Below are positions 1-9,550 of a DNA stretch of 64,000 nt, in pieces; the first letter of the stretch is position 1; each line of letters opens with the position of its first letter. The notes beneath the pieces were generated by a model that saw only the letters and a list, made by a program, of their open reading frames with translations, made no database searches and was not told where the DNA came from. The DNA comes from Thermoplasmata archaeon (GTDB lineage Archaea > Thermoplasmatota > Thermoplasmata > Sysuiplasmatales > Sysuiplasmataceae). The position numbers were made by a program, and so were the translations under genes. The stretch covers positions 17,240 through 81,239 of the forward strand of contig JAKAVR010000002.1 in NCBI GenBank assembly GCA_021817225.1, given 5' to 3'.

Positions 1-306
1 CGTCAAGGCCCTTGTACTCGGCGTTATGCTGCGCCTCCTCAATTGCCTTCTTCACCACCCGTGCGGCCTTGACTGGAAAACGGCCGGGGCCGACATCCTT
101 CTTGTGCGTCACGAGCTTGTTGTATCGCCTGAATGCAATCGCACGCTTCAGCGATATGACATCGTCCAGCAGCACAAGTGCACTCTCCACCTTCTTTCCG
201 CGGAGCGACCTGCATATCTCGCGTGCATGCTTCGGTGATATGTCGGAGTCCTTGAGCAGCGCGCGCGCCGTCGTGTCAGCATCAGTCTGTTGAGTATAAC
301 CGCACA
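1..306 (-). CDS. rpl22: 50S ribosomal protein uL22, partial (N-terminal part; C-terminus lies beyond the window start)
   Basis: Hand translation of the minus strand from the ATG at 306 gives MCGYTQQTDADTTARALLKDSDISPKHAREICRSLRGKKVESALVLLDDVISLKRAIAFRRYNKLVTHKKDVGPGRFPVKAARVVKK..., typical of uL22. It sits directly after S19 in the conserved L3-L4-L23-L2-S19-L22 order. Confidence 0.7.
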
Positions 307-317
307 TTCTTTTCACC

Positions 318-776
318 TCACTTCAAAGGCAGGAACTTCGAGCCTCTTGTGGCTCCAACACCCGGACCGGAGTGGTGCGTGAAGCGGCGAGTGCTTGAAA
401 ACTCGCCAATCGCATGGCCGATCATTTCGGGCTTGATTTCAAGTTCTCTGTACTCCTTCCCGTTGTAGACAGCAACCTTCTTTCCGACGAAATCCGGGAG
501 TATGAATATCTCCCGCCTGTGAGTTTTCACTGCCTCACCATCTGAGCCGCGGAGCCTGTCTACAAAGGTCTGCTGCTCTCTGTTCAGACCCCTCTTGTAT
601 GACCTGCGGGCCCTTGCAGGCAATATAGGTAGAAGTTCACTCAGTGACAAAGCAAGGAGCTGTTCAAGGGTGTATCCACGATAGGTGAATTCCTTCTTCC
701 TTCTCACCGAAATCTTGGCCTTTCTCTTTCCTCCCTTCTTCTTCGCAAGCTTGCTCTCTAGCGTCTCGTCTACCAT
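318..776 (-). CDS. rps19: 30S ribosomal protein uS19
   Basis: 152 aa with the uS19 core GHAIGEFSSTRRFTHHSGPG and a basic N-terminus. Its position between L2 and L22 fits. Confidence 0.85.
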   Translation of the reverse strand: MVDETLESKLAKKKGGKRKAKISVRRKKEFTYRGYTLEQLLALSLSELLPILPARARRSYKRGLNREQQTFVDRLRGSDGEAVKTHRREIFILPDFVGKKVAVYNGKEYRELEIKPEMIGHAIGEFSSTRRFTHHSGPGVGATRGSKFLPLK

Positions 777-781
777 TTAAA

Positions 782-1483
782 TCAAACCTTCCTCTCTTTC
801 TTCTTTGGAGAAAGTCTTCCAACCTTCTGTCCAGGCCTCACGCCTCTGCCAACCGTGCTTGGCCTCCCCACATGCTGATGAGAACCGCCGCCGAACGGGT
901 GGTTGACAGGATTCATTGCAACTCCGCTGACATGGAGGTAATCCCTTGCCTTTGCATTCATGGCGTGGAACTTCTTCCCCGACTTCGCGAAAGGCTTGTC
1001 CTTCCTGCCACCACCGGCTGGGATACCCACAGCCGCGTAGCACCTGTTGTCAAGCCTCTTGAACGAGCCCGAAGGGAGCTGCACGGTGGTCAGCTCGCCG
1101 TGGCTTATCACCGTGGCCGCAGTTCCAGCTGTCTTCACGAGCTTGCCGCCATCTCCCGGCCTGAGCTCAAGATTGTACACCTGAATTCCCTCCGGAACCT
1201 CCCCGACAGGGATGATGTTTCCATGCTCGAGTTCTGCCCCGGGGCCAATCTGTATCTCCTGGCCGACAAAGCTTCCTTCTGCAGCTATGATGTACTCCTC
1301 CCTTCCTGAAAAATCGACCTTCATTAACGGTGTGCTTCTGCCCGGCGCGTGTACGATGTCCAGTACCTTGCCCTTGCCGTTCCTTGCGGTAGGATGCCTG
1401 CCTGGGGCCAGATGCTTGAAGCTGGGGGATCTGTAGTTAGGTCCACCCTTTCCTCTCCTCTGCGTTCTGAGTCTCTTTCCCAT
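782..1483 (-). CDS. rpl2: 50S ribosomal protein uL2
   Basis: 233 aa, very basic, Gly-rich C-terminus (GGGSHQHVGRPSTVGRG, KxGRxSPKK), in the conserved position after L23. Confidence 0.9.
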   Translation of the reverse strand: MGKRLRTQRRGKGGPNYRSPSFKHLAPGRHPTARNGKGKVLDIVHAPGRSTPLMKVDFSGREEYIIAAEGSFVGQEIQIGPGAELEHGNIIPVGEVPEGIQVYNLELRPGDGGKLVKTAGTAATVISHGELTTVQLPSGSFKRLDNRCYAAVGIPAGGGRKDKPFAKSGKKFHAMNAKARDYLHVSGVAMNPVNHPFGGGSHQHVGRPSTVGRGVRPGQKVGRLSPKKKERKV

Positions 1484-1494
1484 TTAATCCACCT

Positions 1495-1806
1495 TCAGAT
1501 GATACCTATCCTCACGCCGATGTCTTCGGCCGAGTAGTTGTCCTTCAGCTTGATCATCGCATGCTTTCCGTCGGAGCGTATCTTGACGTTGACCCGTGCT
1601 ACCTCGACCTCGTAGCGTTTTTCGAATGCCTTTTTTATCTCCGCCTTCGTCGCATCCCGCCTCACTATGAATTCGAGCCTGTTTCCGTCTTTCAGCTTCT
1701 GCCTTGCAGTTCCTGACATTGAATTCATTGTCTTTTCAGTGACATATGGGTGCGTCAGCACGCTGTACTCACTCAATTCCTCTGTGTATGATCCACGCTT
1801 GGCCAA
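1495..1806 (-). CDS. rpl23: 50S ribosomal protein uL23
   Basis: 103 aa small basic protein between L4 and L2, matching the archaeal S10-operon order. Confidence 0.8.
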   Translation of the reverse strand: MAKRGSYTEELSEYSVLTHPYVTEKTMNSMSGTARQKLKDGNRLEFIVRRDATKAEIKKAFEKRYEVEVARVNVKIRSDGKHAMIKLKDNYSAEDIGVRIGII

Positions 1807-1807
1807 A

Positions 1808-2644
1808 TCAGTCCCTCCTCAGCATCTCGATTGCCTTCTGGCTGAAAACGACGAGCCTCCCCGGGGAACCGCCCGGAGCAAGGCGTTCTGTATTGAGGTC
1901 AGAGGGCGTGCACACTTCAACGCCGGGGAAATTCCTTGCGCTCCTGAGCAGTGGTGTTTCGCGAGATGAAACAACAACAAGCGGCCCCCTGGGCTGCCTG
2001 TATCTCCTGTTTCGCATCTTGCCACGACCCGGACGAACTGTGCGGCCGTCCCTGGCCCTGATGATATCATCCAGGATGCCTATGCTGCCGAACATCTGTT
2101 CCACTTCTGCAGACTTTGATATTGATTCTGCGCCATCCTCCAGAACGACAGGGAGGGACACACCTTCTTCAACAACATGTCCTCTCGCCCTGACAAGTGC
2201 CAGGCTGGCGGTAGAAGCAATTGATGACGCCCTGGCCATGCCTCTCTCTTTTTCGTTGATCTTGATTGCCCAGTCACGCTCGGGTCGTGGAGGATGAGCT
2301 CTTCTTCCACCTATGTTGTTAGGGGACTGAGCGCCTGTTGACTGGCCCTTCACCCTCTGCACCCTGGCCACACCGCGGCCCTTTCCCCACGTCTCGACCG
2401 AGTGCCTCATTCCCGCCCGTGCCATCGGTCCGTATGACTGTCTCCTGTTTGAACGGGAGGCCACGAAATCCTTCCTTATCACGTCCGGCCTGAATTCAGT
2501 GGAAAAAACCTTTGGCAGTTCTATTTCACCCTTCACCTCACCGCTGACGGAGTAGACATATGCATATCCCTCCCTGAGCTCGGGCGCACTCTCCTCAACA
2601 GTCTGGACTGCTTTCGGCATTTCAGACCCCCTGCTTCGATTCAT
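1808..2644 (-). CDS. rpl4: 50S ribosomal protein uL4
   Basis: 278 aa basic protein between L3 and L23, with the conserved gene order. Confidence 0.8.
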   Translation of the reverse strand: MNRSRGSEMPKAVQTVEESAPELREGYAYVYSVSGEVKGEIELPKVFSTEFRPDVIRKDFVASRSNRRQSYGPMARAGMRHSVETWGKGRGVARVQRVKGQSTGAQSPNNIGGRRAHPPRPERDWAIKINEKERGMARASSIASTASLALVRARGHVVEEGVSLPVVLEDGAESISKSAEVEQMFGSIGILDDIIRARDGRTVRPGRGKMRNRRYRQPRGPLVVVSSRETPLLRSARNFPGVEVCTPSDLNTERLAPGGSPGRLVVFSQKAIEMLRRD

Positions 2645-3623
2645 TTGAAATGTATGTGAGAGTCGGCGCTTCCTTTATCTTCACAAGTGTCGGGCGGACG
2701 GCATCCCTGAGCCTTATCAGCCTCTTGGCCGGTCCCGGAACGCTCCCATGAAGGAGGAGATAGCTGCTGCTTACCTTGCCGTATTTTATGAAGCCCCCCT
2801 TTGGAGTGACTTCCTCCCCTTTGTCCCCGACCTTGAGGACACGTTTGTTCAGTTCCGTCCTCTGGTGATATCCCATTTGCCCGCTCTGCGGAACCGTGGG
2901 CCAGATGTAGCCCGGCCTTTTCGGGCCAAGGGTGCCTATCATTCGCCTGTGCTTGCTGTTCTTGTGGGACAGCAGCTTGACACCCCACCTCTTCACATGG
3001 CCCTGAAAACCCTTGCCTTTTGTAACAGCTATGACATCGACAACATCGCCATCCTTGACGTAATCCTTCACACCTATCTCTTTGCCCAGCAGCGACAAAG
3101 CGTACTCAAGCCTCTTGTCATAAGCACCGCCGCCGACCCTCATTTCCATCAGTTCGGGCTTTTTCTTCGGGATCCCGGACACAAGCGACGGTTGTGTATG
3201 GACAATTACATTGACCTCTTCGGCCTGCAGCTTCTTGATTGTTTCAATTTCGGATGCAAGGTTGGTATTTGCACCGACTGCCACTTTCCTCTTCAGCTCC
3301 TTGTCCAGCCTGTTGCTCCACAGTTCCCCAACCGTCTTTAGACCGTAGCCATCGTTCTGGTACACGCGGATCGCAGCCACCTTCAATGGCGGCGCCTCGA
3401 TAACGGTAACAGGCACCTGGACCTCCTGCCCTGCGGTCGTGGAGGTTGGTCTGTAATCGATCAGCATGGCATGGGTCATACCTGCCTTGTAACCCGCGAA
3501 ACCCTGTATTCGTGGAGCTTCACCTGGTTCTGGCCACGTATCGAGCTTCGGAACTTCGCGCTTCGCCCTTTTTCTCGGCGAATATCCCATCGACCCACGT
3601 CTTGGTCTTCTTCTGTTTGGCAT
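2622..3623 (-). CDS. rpl3: 50S ribosomal protein uL3
   Basis: 333 aa with a basic N-terminus (MPNRRRPRRGSMGYSPRKRAKRE) typical of archaeal L3. It is the first gene of the cluster. Confidence 0.85.
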   Translation of the reverse strand: MPNRRRPRRGSMGYSPRKRAKREVPKLDTWPEPGEAPRIQGFAGYKAGMTHAMLIDYRPTSTTAGQEVQVPVTVIEAPPLKVAAIRVYQNDGYGLKTVGELWSNRLDKELKRKVAVGANTNLASEIETIKKLQAEEVNVIVHTQPSLVSGIPKKKPELMEMRVGGGAYDKRLEYALSLLGKEIGVKDYVKDGDVVDVIAVTKGKGFQGHVKRWGVKLLSHKNSKHRRMIGTLGPKRPGYIWPTVPQSGQMGYHQRTELNKRVLKVGDKGEEVTPKGGFIKYGKVSSSYLLLHGSVPGPAKRLIRLRDAVRPTLVKIKEAPTLTYISNESKQGV

Positions 3624-3887
3624 CGACTAACACCTTCTATCTGACAGGCGGCACTGCCCGTCTGGCAGTGGCTCCTTCAAACACCAATCCTTGTTTCTAT
3701 GCAACCGTGACGCCGCCTCAGCCCCAGAATTTACAGGTGGCTGGTTATTGGGATGCAGTGCATTGCCCAAAGCGTGTGGATGCACATCAGGATTGAAGAT
3801 CGCATTACGGTAGTTCTATTTAAAGCTGAGCCATATTTCAATTCAAAAACGGGCATGCGAATCAAGTGGATTGTAACATCTTGCAGT

Positions 3888-4283
3888 TCAGTCCACGTGC
3901 ACCGCACCGATAATATTGTGCCTTATGTCGTTTTCGAAGTTTTCGGCCAAACTGTCCAGCGAGTCCTTCAATTCATCTATGCGCTGCCTTATGCTTCTGC
4001 CGATAGACTCCACATCCATGAGTGAATACTCATGAACGTAGCCGCCGCCCCGGAGACTCGTCACATTTCTGTAGCACAGCTCAAGGCTCAGCAGCTTCGA
4101 CAGGGCACGATGAACCGTGCTCCTGTCCCTTGAAGTTTCACTAGCCAGCTCATCAAGGGTGCTCCTTCCCCTCCTCGCCATTATGTAAATCAGGCGCTCC
4201 TCGAAATCCTTGATGCCAAAGACACATCTGAGAAGATCGCTGCAGCTCGCATTCTTCCTGCTCAGGGTCGAAAGCTGGAACAT
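3888..4283 (-). CDS. winged-helix (TrmB/MarR-like) transcriptional regulator; start uncertain (ORF extends to 4334)
   Basis: Helix-turn-helix signature IYIMARRGRSTLDELASETSRDRSTVHRALSKLLSLELC followed by a coiled C-terminus. It lies immediately upstream of the r-protein cluster. Confidence 0.45.
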   Translation of the reverse strand: MFQLSTLSRKNASCSDLLRCVFGIKDFEERLIYIMARRGRSTLDELASETSRDRSTVHRALSKLLSLELCYRNVTSLRGGGYVHEYSLMDVESIGRSIRQRIDELKDSLDSLAENFENDIRHNIIGAVHVD

Positions 4284-4378
4284 CGAACATCCACCAAGCT
4301 TGTTATAACAACGGTTGGTAATAAAGTATTGCACGATATTGGCAATACCATAATATTATTATAAGACGACCGCCTACA

Positions 4379-4813
4379 ATGGTCTTGAGGCACTGGATGA
4401 CGAATTCGGCGTTCCATGAAACAAGATTCGAGAATCTGGATTTCGAAGAGGCTGTGTCAAAGCTGGTGAAGAACCTGCGGTCCAGCGGCTTCGGAGTCCT
4501 CGGCGACATCAGCATCGACGGTGTGCTGAAGGAGAAGACGGGGAAGCAGATTAGACCAATCAGGGTGATCGAGGTGTGCAAGCCCCCTTTTGCGCTCGCC
4601 GCAATTGAGAAGGACAGGGACCTGGCACAGGTTATGCCGTGCAGAATCACTCTATTTGCCGAGGGAAGCGGAACGAGGATTTCACTCTACAGGCCGACGG
4701 TTGCAATGAAACTGGTAGGGGGCAACGTGGAAGAACTTGCTTCCATGGTCGAGAAGGAGCTTGTCCTTGCAATAGAAGGACTCGGTGAAAGCAACAAGGG
4801 ATTCACGAGGTGA
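4379..4813 (+). CDS. DUF302-family protein
   Basis: 144 aa. The stretch SGFGVLGDISIDGVLKEKTG...LFAEGSGTRISLYRPT fits the DUF302 fold pattern by eye. A second paralog sits at 26395..26799. Confidence 0.5.
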   Translation: MVLRHWMTNSAFHETRFENLDFEEAVSKLVKNLRSSGFGVLGDISIDGVLKEKTGKQIRPIRVIEVCKPPFALAAIEKDRDLAQVMPCRITLFAEGSGTRISLYRPTVAMKLVGGNVEELASMVEKELVLAIEGLGESNKGFTR

Positions 4814-4819
4814 TACGCA

Positions 4820-5251
4820 ATGGAAGATGATGGCGAACTTGAAATGATAAGGAGAAGGATGATGGAAGACATTACTACAAGAATGAAAGGCGGAACCGCA
4901 CCCGGCACGCAGCCGGTTGTCCAAGCTGCTCCGACAAACCTGAGCGACATGAGCTTTGATGAATTCATAAAGCGCAATCAGGTCGCATTTGTGGATTTCT
5001 GGGCACCCTGGTGCGGTCCATGCAGGATGGTTGCACCGGTCGTGGAGAAGCTTGCCTCGGAATTGAGAGGAAAGGTCGCGTTCGGCAAGCTGAACGTTGA
5101 CGACAACCCCGTGAAGTCCGCTGAGTTCAATATAATGAGCATACCCACAATGATGATATTCTACGGCGGGAAGCCGGCAGACATGATTGTTGGCGCCGTT
5201 CCCCGTGCCGAGATACTCTCAAGACTTGGCAAATATATCAAGAACACGTAG
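4820..5251 (+). CDS. trxA: thioredoxin
   Basis: WAPWCGPCRM active-site motif within a thioredoxin-sized C-terminal domain, preceded by a roughly 45-aa N-terminal extension. Confidence 0.8.
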   Translation: MEDDGELEMIRRRMMEDITTRMKGGTAPGTQPVVQAAPTNLSDMSFDEFIKRNQVAFVDFWAPWCGPCRMVAPVVEKLASELRGKVAFGKLNVDDNPVKSAEFNIMSIPTMMIFYGGKPADMIVGAVPRAEILSRLGKYIKNT

Positions 5252-5256
5252 AGCCC

Positions 5257-5844
5257 TTGCGCAGGATTTGCATGAGCCAGGAAGAGTTCAGGGCCGGGCG
5301 GGGCGACAGGCATCCGCCAGCGCTGCTGATGAATAATGCTGTCAGGAGTTTGCTCGAGCGCAGGAACAAGTTCGACCGCTTTGTAAAAGAGGGCTATACA
5401 GTTGCGGATCTCGGTTGCGGGTCCGGCTATTTTACACTGCATCTTGCCGAAGTCGTGGGACCTGGCGGGCTTGTCTATGCGGTGGATACAAACAGCAGGG
5501 CGGTAAAGGCGCTTGGCGGGTATGCAAGGAAACGGGGAATGACAAATCTGAGAACATCGACCTCCTCGACTGCCGCTCTTGGCTTCATACCAAGTTCAAC
5601 GGTCGATTTTGTTCTCTCAAATCTCACGCTCTGCTGCATGACAGAGCATGATACCGCAGTGGATGAAATGCTTCGAGTGATGAAGAAAGGGGCAAGGGCG
5701 TACATAAGCGTAACAACCTTTGGCAGGAGGAACGATCCGAGGAGCATGAACAAGCCTGAATTCGATTCGGTCAAGAGCAGATTCAGGGTTATTGAGACTT
5801 CAAACAGAAGAACTGTTTCCGCCGCGCTTGTGGAAAAACAGTAG
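5257..5844 (+). CDS. class I SAM-dependent methyltransferase
   Basis: Motif I VADLGCGSGYFTLHLAE, and motif II ahead of LVYAVD. Confidence 0.65.
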   Translation: MRRICMSQEEFRAGRGDRHPPALLMNNAVRSLLERRNKFDRFVKEGYTVADLGCGSGYFTLHLAEVVGPGGLVYAVDTNSRAVKALGGYARKRGMTNLRTSTSSTAALGFIPSSTVDFVLSNLTLCCMTEHDTAVDEMLRVMKKGARAYISVTTFGRRNDPRSMNKPEFDSVKSRFRVIETSNRRTVSAALVEKQ

Positions 5845-5910
5845 GCGAGCGGGAAAGTTGTTGGTGCGCAATTTCTTTATATGAATTCGATTTAGAGTGA
5901 ATTGAACCAG

Positions 5911-6060
5911 ATGGCTAAGTTCAAGGAAGCGGAAATAAGGCTACTGACAAAAATGATCTGCATGAACTGCTCTGCAACCAATTCTATCAGGGCGACAAGA
6001 TGCAGGAAATGCGGCTACACACACCTGAGGGTCAAGGCAAAGGAGATAAGGAAAGCCTGA
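5911..6060 (+). CDS. rpl40e: 50S ribosomal protein L40e (not in the ORF track because it is under 60 aa)
   Basis: Hand translation gives [49 protein letters not shown] (49 aa), the C4 zinc-ribbon pattern of L40e. A TTTATAT box lies about 30 nt upstream, at roughly 5875. Confidence 0.75.
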   Translation: MAKFKEAEIRLLTKMICMNCSATNSIRATRCRKCGYTHLRVKAKEIRKA

Positions 6061-6104
6061 ATGTTCCTGCTCCCCCCTTGCGCTGGCTGAATGGCGCGTC
6101 CGCC

Positions 6105-7124
6105 TCAGGACAGCGTTTTCTGTTTGGAAGATTTTGATTTTTCTCTCTCCCTCTTGCCTATGAGCCCTATCTGGGCAAGCAGGGATTCGAGTTGAATTCT
6201 GTCGTTTGCGCCCTGCACTATCCTGAACTCCGCCTCTCCGACCCTCGTCACAGCATCGAGCAGCGCATCGTCGGAAAGGCCGAGGTCGAACACCTTTCTG
6301 TGAATATGCGATATCAGGTCAGTGGAACTGAGACCTTTCTCGAAGAGCATCTCATCTAGTGTGCTTCTTGCCTTTAGGAAATAACCGCCCATCGCATTGC
6401 TGAGCATTTCGGCAATCTCCTTCGGGTCGGCCGAAGAAGTCGCCTGATACACGGTATTCTGGTCAATGTCTTTGCTCAGGAAAGCGCTTGCCTGAAGCGT
6501 ATTCGTAGCCTTCCTCAGGTCTCCCCTGCAGTGCCTCACTATGTAGTAGAGCGCATCCTTTGTGATCTTCAGCCCCTCACTCTCGGCGATGCGCAGTATG
6601 TACTTTTCGATATCAGCCTCCTGAAGAGGTGAGAACTGGAAAACAGCGCATCTCGACTGAATCGGGTCTATAAGCTTCCCTGGAAAATTGGCAGCGAAAA
6701 TGAATCTGCAGGTCTTTGAATACATCTCCATTGTCCGTCTCAGGGCAGACTGGGCATCGGAGGTGAGGGAATCGCTTTCGTCCAGGAATATTATCTTGAA
6801 TGTGGCCCCGCCGAAGGGGGCAGTCCTTGCGAATGTCTTGATCTTGCCGTGGTGTGCTGCATCGCCCTTGACAATCGCAATCCCCCTCTCGTCGGACGCA
6901 TTCAACTCCATGAAATTCTCGCGCCAGTAATCTCCGAAGAGTTCCCTTGCGAGAACTATGCTGCATGTCGTCTTTCCAGTCCCGGCGGGACCGGCAAAAA
7001 GGAGATGCGGGAGGTTCCTTCCTTCGACGTAGGACCGAAGCCTTGACACTATCGGATCCCTTCCGACGATATCATCGAACTTCTTCGGTCTGTACTTTTC
7101 GACCCACAATTCAGTTTCGTCCAT
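6105..7124 (-). CDS. rfcS: replication factor C small subunit
   Basis: Starts MDETELWVEKYRPKKFDDIVG, Walker A FAGPAGTGKTT, DEAD-like box IIFLDESD, and SRC-like QSRC. The probable start is the M at 7124 (the ORF runs to 7136). Confidence 0.85.
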   Translation of the reverse strand: MDETELWVEKYRPKKFDDIVGRDPIVSRLRSYVEGRNLPHLLFAGPAGTGKTTCSIVLARELFGDYWRENFMELNASDERGIAIVKGDAAHHGKIKTFARTAPFGGATFKIIFLDESDSLTSDAQSALRRTMEMYSKTCRFIFAANFPGKLIDPIQSRCAVFQFSPLQEADIEKYILRIAESEGLKITKDALYYIVRHCRGDLRKATNTLQASAFLSKDIDQNTVYQATSSADPKEIAEMLSNAMGGYFLKARSTLDEMLFEKGLSSTDLISHIHRKVFDLGLSDDALLDAVTRVGEAEFRIVQGANDRIQLESLLAQIGLIGKREREKSKSSKQKTLS

Positions 7125-7187
7125 GCACTCGCCCACTTGATTGTCATCCGTTTATTAGCATTTGCGTCCAGCTGAACGGAAAGGGGC

Positions 7188-8168
7188 ATGCATTCCGTTG
7201 CCAAAACGGCAATGTCTTTAATGTCATCCGCGTTAACAACAGGCGTGAAATGCAGCTCATGCGACGCGCAGGCCATCTACCTGGCCAGATACAACGGGCA
7301 GCACTACTGCAAATCCCATTTCTGCGAATTCGTTGAGAACAGGGTGAAGAAAGAGATCAGGGAACAGCGGATTTTTGACAGGGGAAGCAGGATAGCAGTT
7401 GCCGTTTCTGGCGGAAAGGACAGCATGACCACGCTGCATCTGCTCAGACTCCTTTCCTCGGCCAGAAGGGGGACTGAGATAATAGCCATTACAGTTGACG
7501 AGGGTATAAGCGGATACAGGGACGAATCCATGAAACTCGTTGGAGACTACTGCGAAAGTAACGGAATACAGTGGCTCACAAGATCATATGCCGATTTCGC
7601 GGGCTTCACGATGGATGCTCTTGCTGCGACGGAGAGAGAAAGGACAACTTGTGCATACTGCGGCGTTTTCAGGCGAACGCTGATCAATGCGCTTGCCAAG
7701 GAGACCTGTTCAGATGTGCTTGCAACAGGTTTGAATCTTGACGACACGGCACAGTCAATCCTTATGAATCTTGCAAGGGGGGATTCCGACAGGTTCGCGA
7801 TGATGGGCCCCCATGAAGCAAGCGTCGAAGGACTTGTACCCCGGGTGCAGCCCCTGAGACAGCTGCCTGAAAACGAGGTGATGCTTTATGCAGAAATCAG
7901 GAACATACCATACCTCAGGTCAAGCTGCCCTTACTCCGAAGAGGCGTCGCGAAACCTGTTCAGGGAGATTGTGCTCAGGATCGAGGATGAAATGCCCGGC
8001 TCAAGATATGCAATGCTCCGGACAATTTCCAAGATGCACAAGACCCGCAGCGGCGGAAGCGCAAGGCGATGCTCGGAGTGTGGCGATACAACATCATCAG
8101 AGGTGTGCCGCGCATGCGCCCTTAGGCTGGAGGCTTCGCGCCTGACGGGAACGGCCCAGTCATCTTAG
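7188..8168 (+). CDS. tRNA 2-thiolation PP-loop ATPase (TtuA/NcsA family)
   Basis: PP-loop AVSGGKDS; an N-terminal Zn finger (CSSC...C..H..C) and a C-terminal one (CSECGD...CRAC). The start is probably an internal M near 7212. Confidence 0.7.
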   Translation: MHSVAKTAMSLMSSALTTGVKCSSCDAQAIYLARYNGQHYCKSHFCEFVENRVKKEIREQRIFDRGSRIAVAVSGGKDSMTTLHLLRLLSSARRGTEIIAITVDEGISGYRDESMKLVGDYCESNGIQWLTRSYADFAGFTMDALAATERERTTCAYCGVFRRTLINALAKETCSDVLATGLNLDDTAQSILMNLARGDSDRFAMMGPHEASVEGLVPRVQPLRQLPENEVMLYAEIRNIPYLRSSCPYSEEASRNLFREIVLRIEDEMPGSRYAMLRTISKMHKTRSGGSARRCSECGDTTSSEVCRACALRLEASRLTGTAQSS

Positions 8169-9473
8169 GAAACGCTCGAACTTGTAGGCTGGATAATTCT
8201 CCCCGTAGCAGTATTTCAGCTTTCTGAAGCGCCTCTTGAACCTTATGACATCCGCCCTTACGCTGCTTATGCTTTCTTTCCTGATGAGCAGCCTTTCGAA
8301 GAATGATGCCACATCAGACATCTCACCCTCCCTCATTCCAAGGTGTGTTACCTCCTGCGTTCCAAGTCTGAGCCCGCTTGGATGAACCGAGCTCTCGTCG
8401 CCCGGCAGCATATTCTTGTTGACGACAATATTCGCCTTCTCGAGCGCTTCGGCGCATGAACTGCCACCTCCCAGATTCTGCACATTGACGGCAAGCGTAT
8501 GCGACTCGGTGAACCCGTAGTCGGCTGCAAGAACACCGAAACCCCTGTCATACAGCGACTGGGCAAGAGCCTTTGAATTCTTCACGATTTGGGACGCATA
8601 CCTTCTCCCGAATTTCTGCATCTCATCAAGCGCTATGCAGAGGGCGGCCATCTCATGCAGGTGGTGACTGCTCGTAACGCCCGGAAAGACACCGCGCTTC
8701 AGCGCCTTCTCCATTTCCTCGTCCCTCGGGTTTGCAAGAATTATTCCATGGTTCGGGCCAGGAAATGTCTTGTGAGTGCTGGCTGTCATCACATGGGCGC
8801 CCTCTCTCAAAGGGTCCTGGAACTTTTTGCCTGCTATCAGGCCGAGCACATGGGCACCGTCGTACCAGACAGTGGTCCCTGTTTCGATGAATGCTTCATT
8901 CAGCTCCTTCAGGGGAGCAGGAAAAAGAAAGAGTGACATTCCGAAGAGCGACACTTTCGGCTTCTTCTCCCTGATAAGTTTTATTGCGCCGTCAATGTCA
9001 ATGTTCATTCTTTCCGTGTCAAATGGGTAGTTAATGGTGTTGACTCCCCTCATGCCTACGGCGCCGAACTTTGCTGTGGAGATGTGAGCGCCGTCTGCAA
9101 GGGCGGGTGTTGCTATTGTGTCGCCCGGATTTGTCAGTCCAAACAGAACGGCCATGTTTGCAACAGTTCCTGAGATTGGTCTCAGATCGGCAAAGCTGCA
9201 GCCGAAAAGCCTGCGAGCAAGCTCCATGCCTCTTGCTTCCACTTCGTCGACGAACTTGTTTCCCTGATAGTATCTGTGGCCCACCCACCCCTCCGCATAC
9301 CTGCCATTGAAGTCCGAATTGAGCATCTCCCTCTGGAGGGGGCTTATGACGTTCTCGGACGCGATGAGAGGGATTGCCTCTTCAAAGTATCTGTTGTGCG
9401 CCATTACTTTTTCACGAATAAAATTCGCATTTCTGGAAAGGTTGGGCATTGCAATCGCATGGCTATCTCCCAT
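8160..9473 (-). CDS. glyA: serine hydroxymethyltransferase
   Basis: PLP-lysine region THKTFPGPNHGIILANP; IASENVISP near the N-terminus. The ORF as drawn (to 9614) overlaps the divergent KaiC-like gene, so an internal start (9473 or 9404) is more likely. Confidence 0.85.
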   Translation of the reverse strand: MGDSHAIAMPNLSRNANFIREKVMAHNRYFEEAIPLIASENVISPLQREMLNSDFNGRYAEGWVGHRYYQGNKFVDEVEARGMELARRLFGCSFADLRPISGTVANMAVLFGLTNPGDTIATPALADGAHISTAKFGAVGMRGVNTINYPFDTERMNIDIDGAIKLIREKKPKVSLFGMSLFLFPAPLKELNEAFIETGTTVWYDGAHVLGLIAGKKFQDPLREGAHVMTASTHKTFPGPNHGIILANPRDEEMEKALKRGVFPGVTSSHHLHEMAALCIALDEMQKFGRRYASQIVKNSKALAQSLYDRGFGVLAADYGFTESHTLAVNVQNLGGGSSCAEALEKANIVVNKNMLPGDESSVHPSGLRLGTQEVTHLGMREGEMSDVASFFERLLIRKESISSVRADVIRFKRRFRKLKYCYGENYPAYKFERFLR

Positions 9474-9550
9474 TGCCGATTTAACATTTTCATGGAAGGA
9501 CGCTTTTTCAGGGGCAATATCGTAACACTGCCAATGCTTGCAGCCGGGCA

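Noticed and set aside
12-293. Two plus-strand ORFs (93 and 70 aa) at the window start
   Set aside because: They are antisense to the uL22 coding sequence, which translates cleanly on the minus strand in the conserved operon position.
8589-9310. Plus-strand ORFs inside glyA (8589..8936, 8776..9030, 9071..9310, 9276..9599), and likewise 13195..13887 and 12594..12941 inside the HerA-like gene
   Set aside because: They are antisense or alternate-frame overlaps within well-supported genes, with no motifs.
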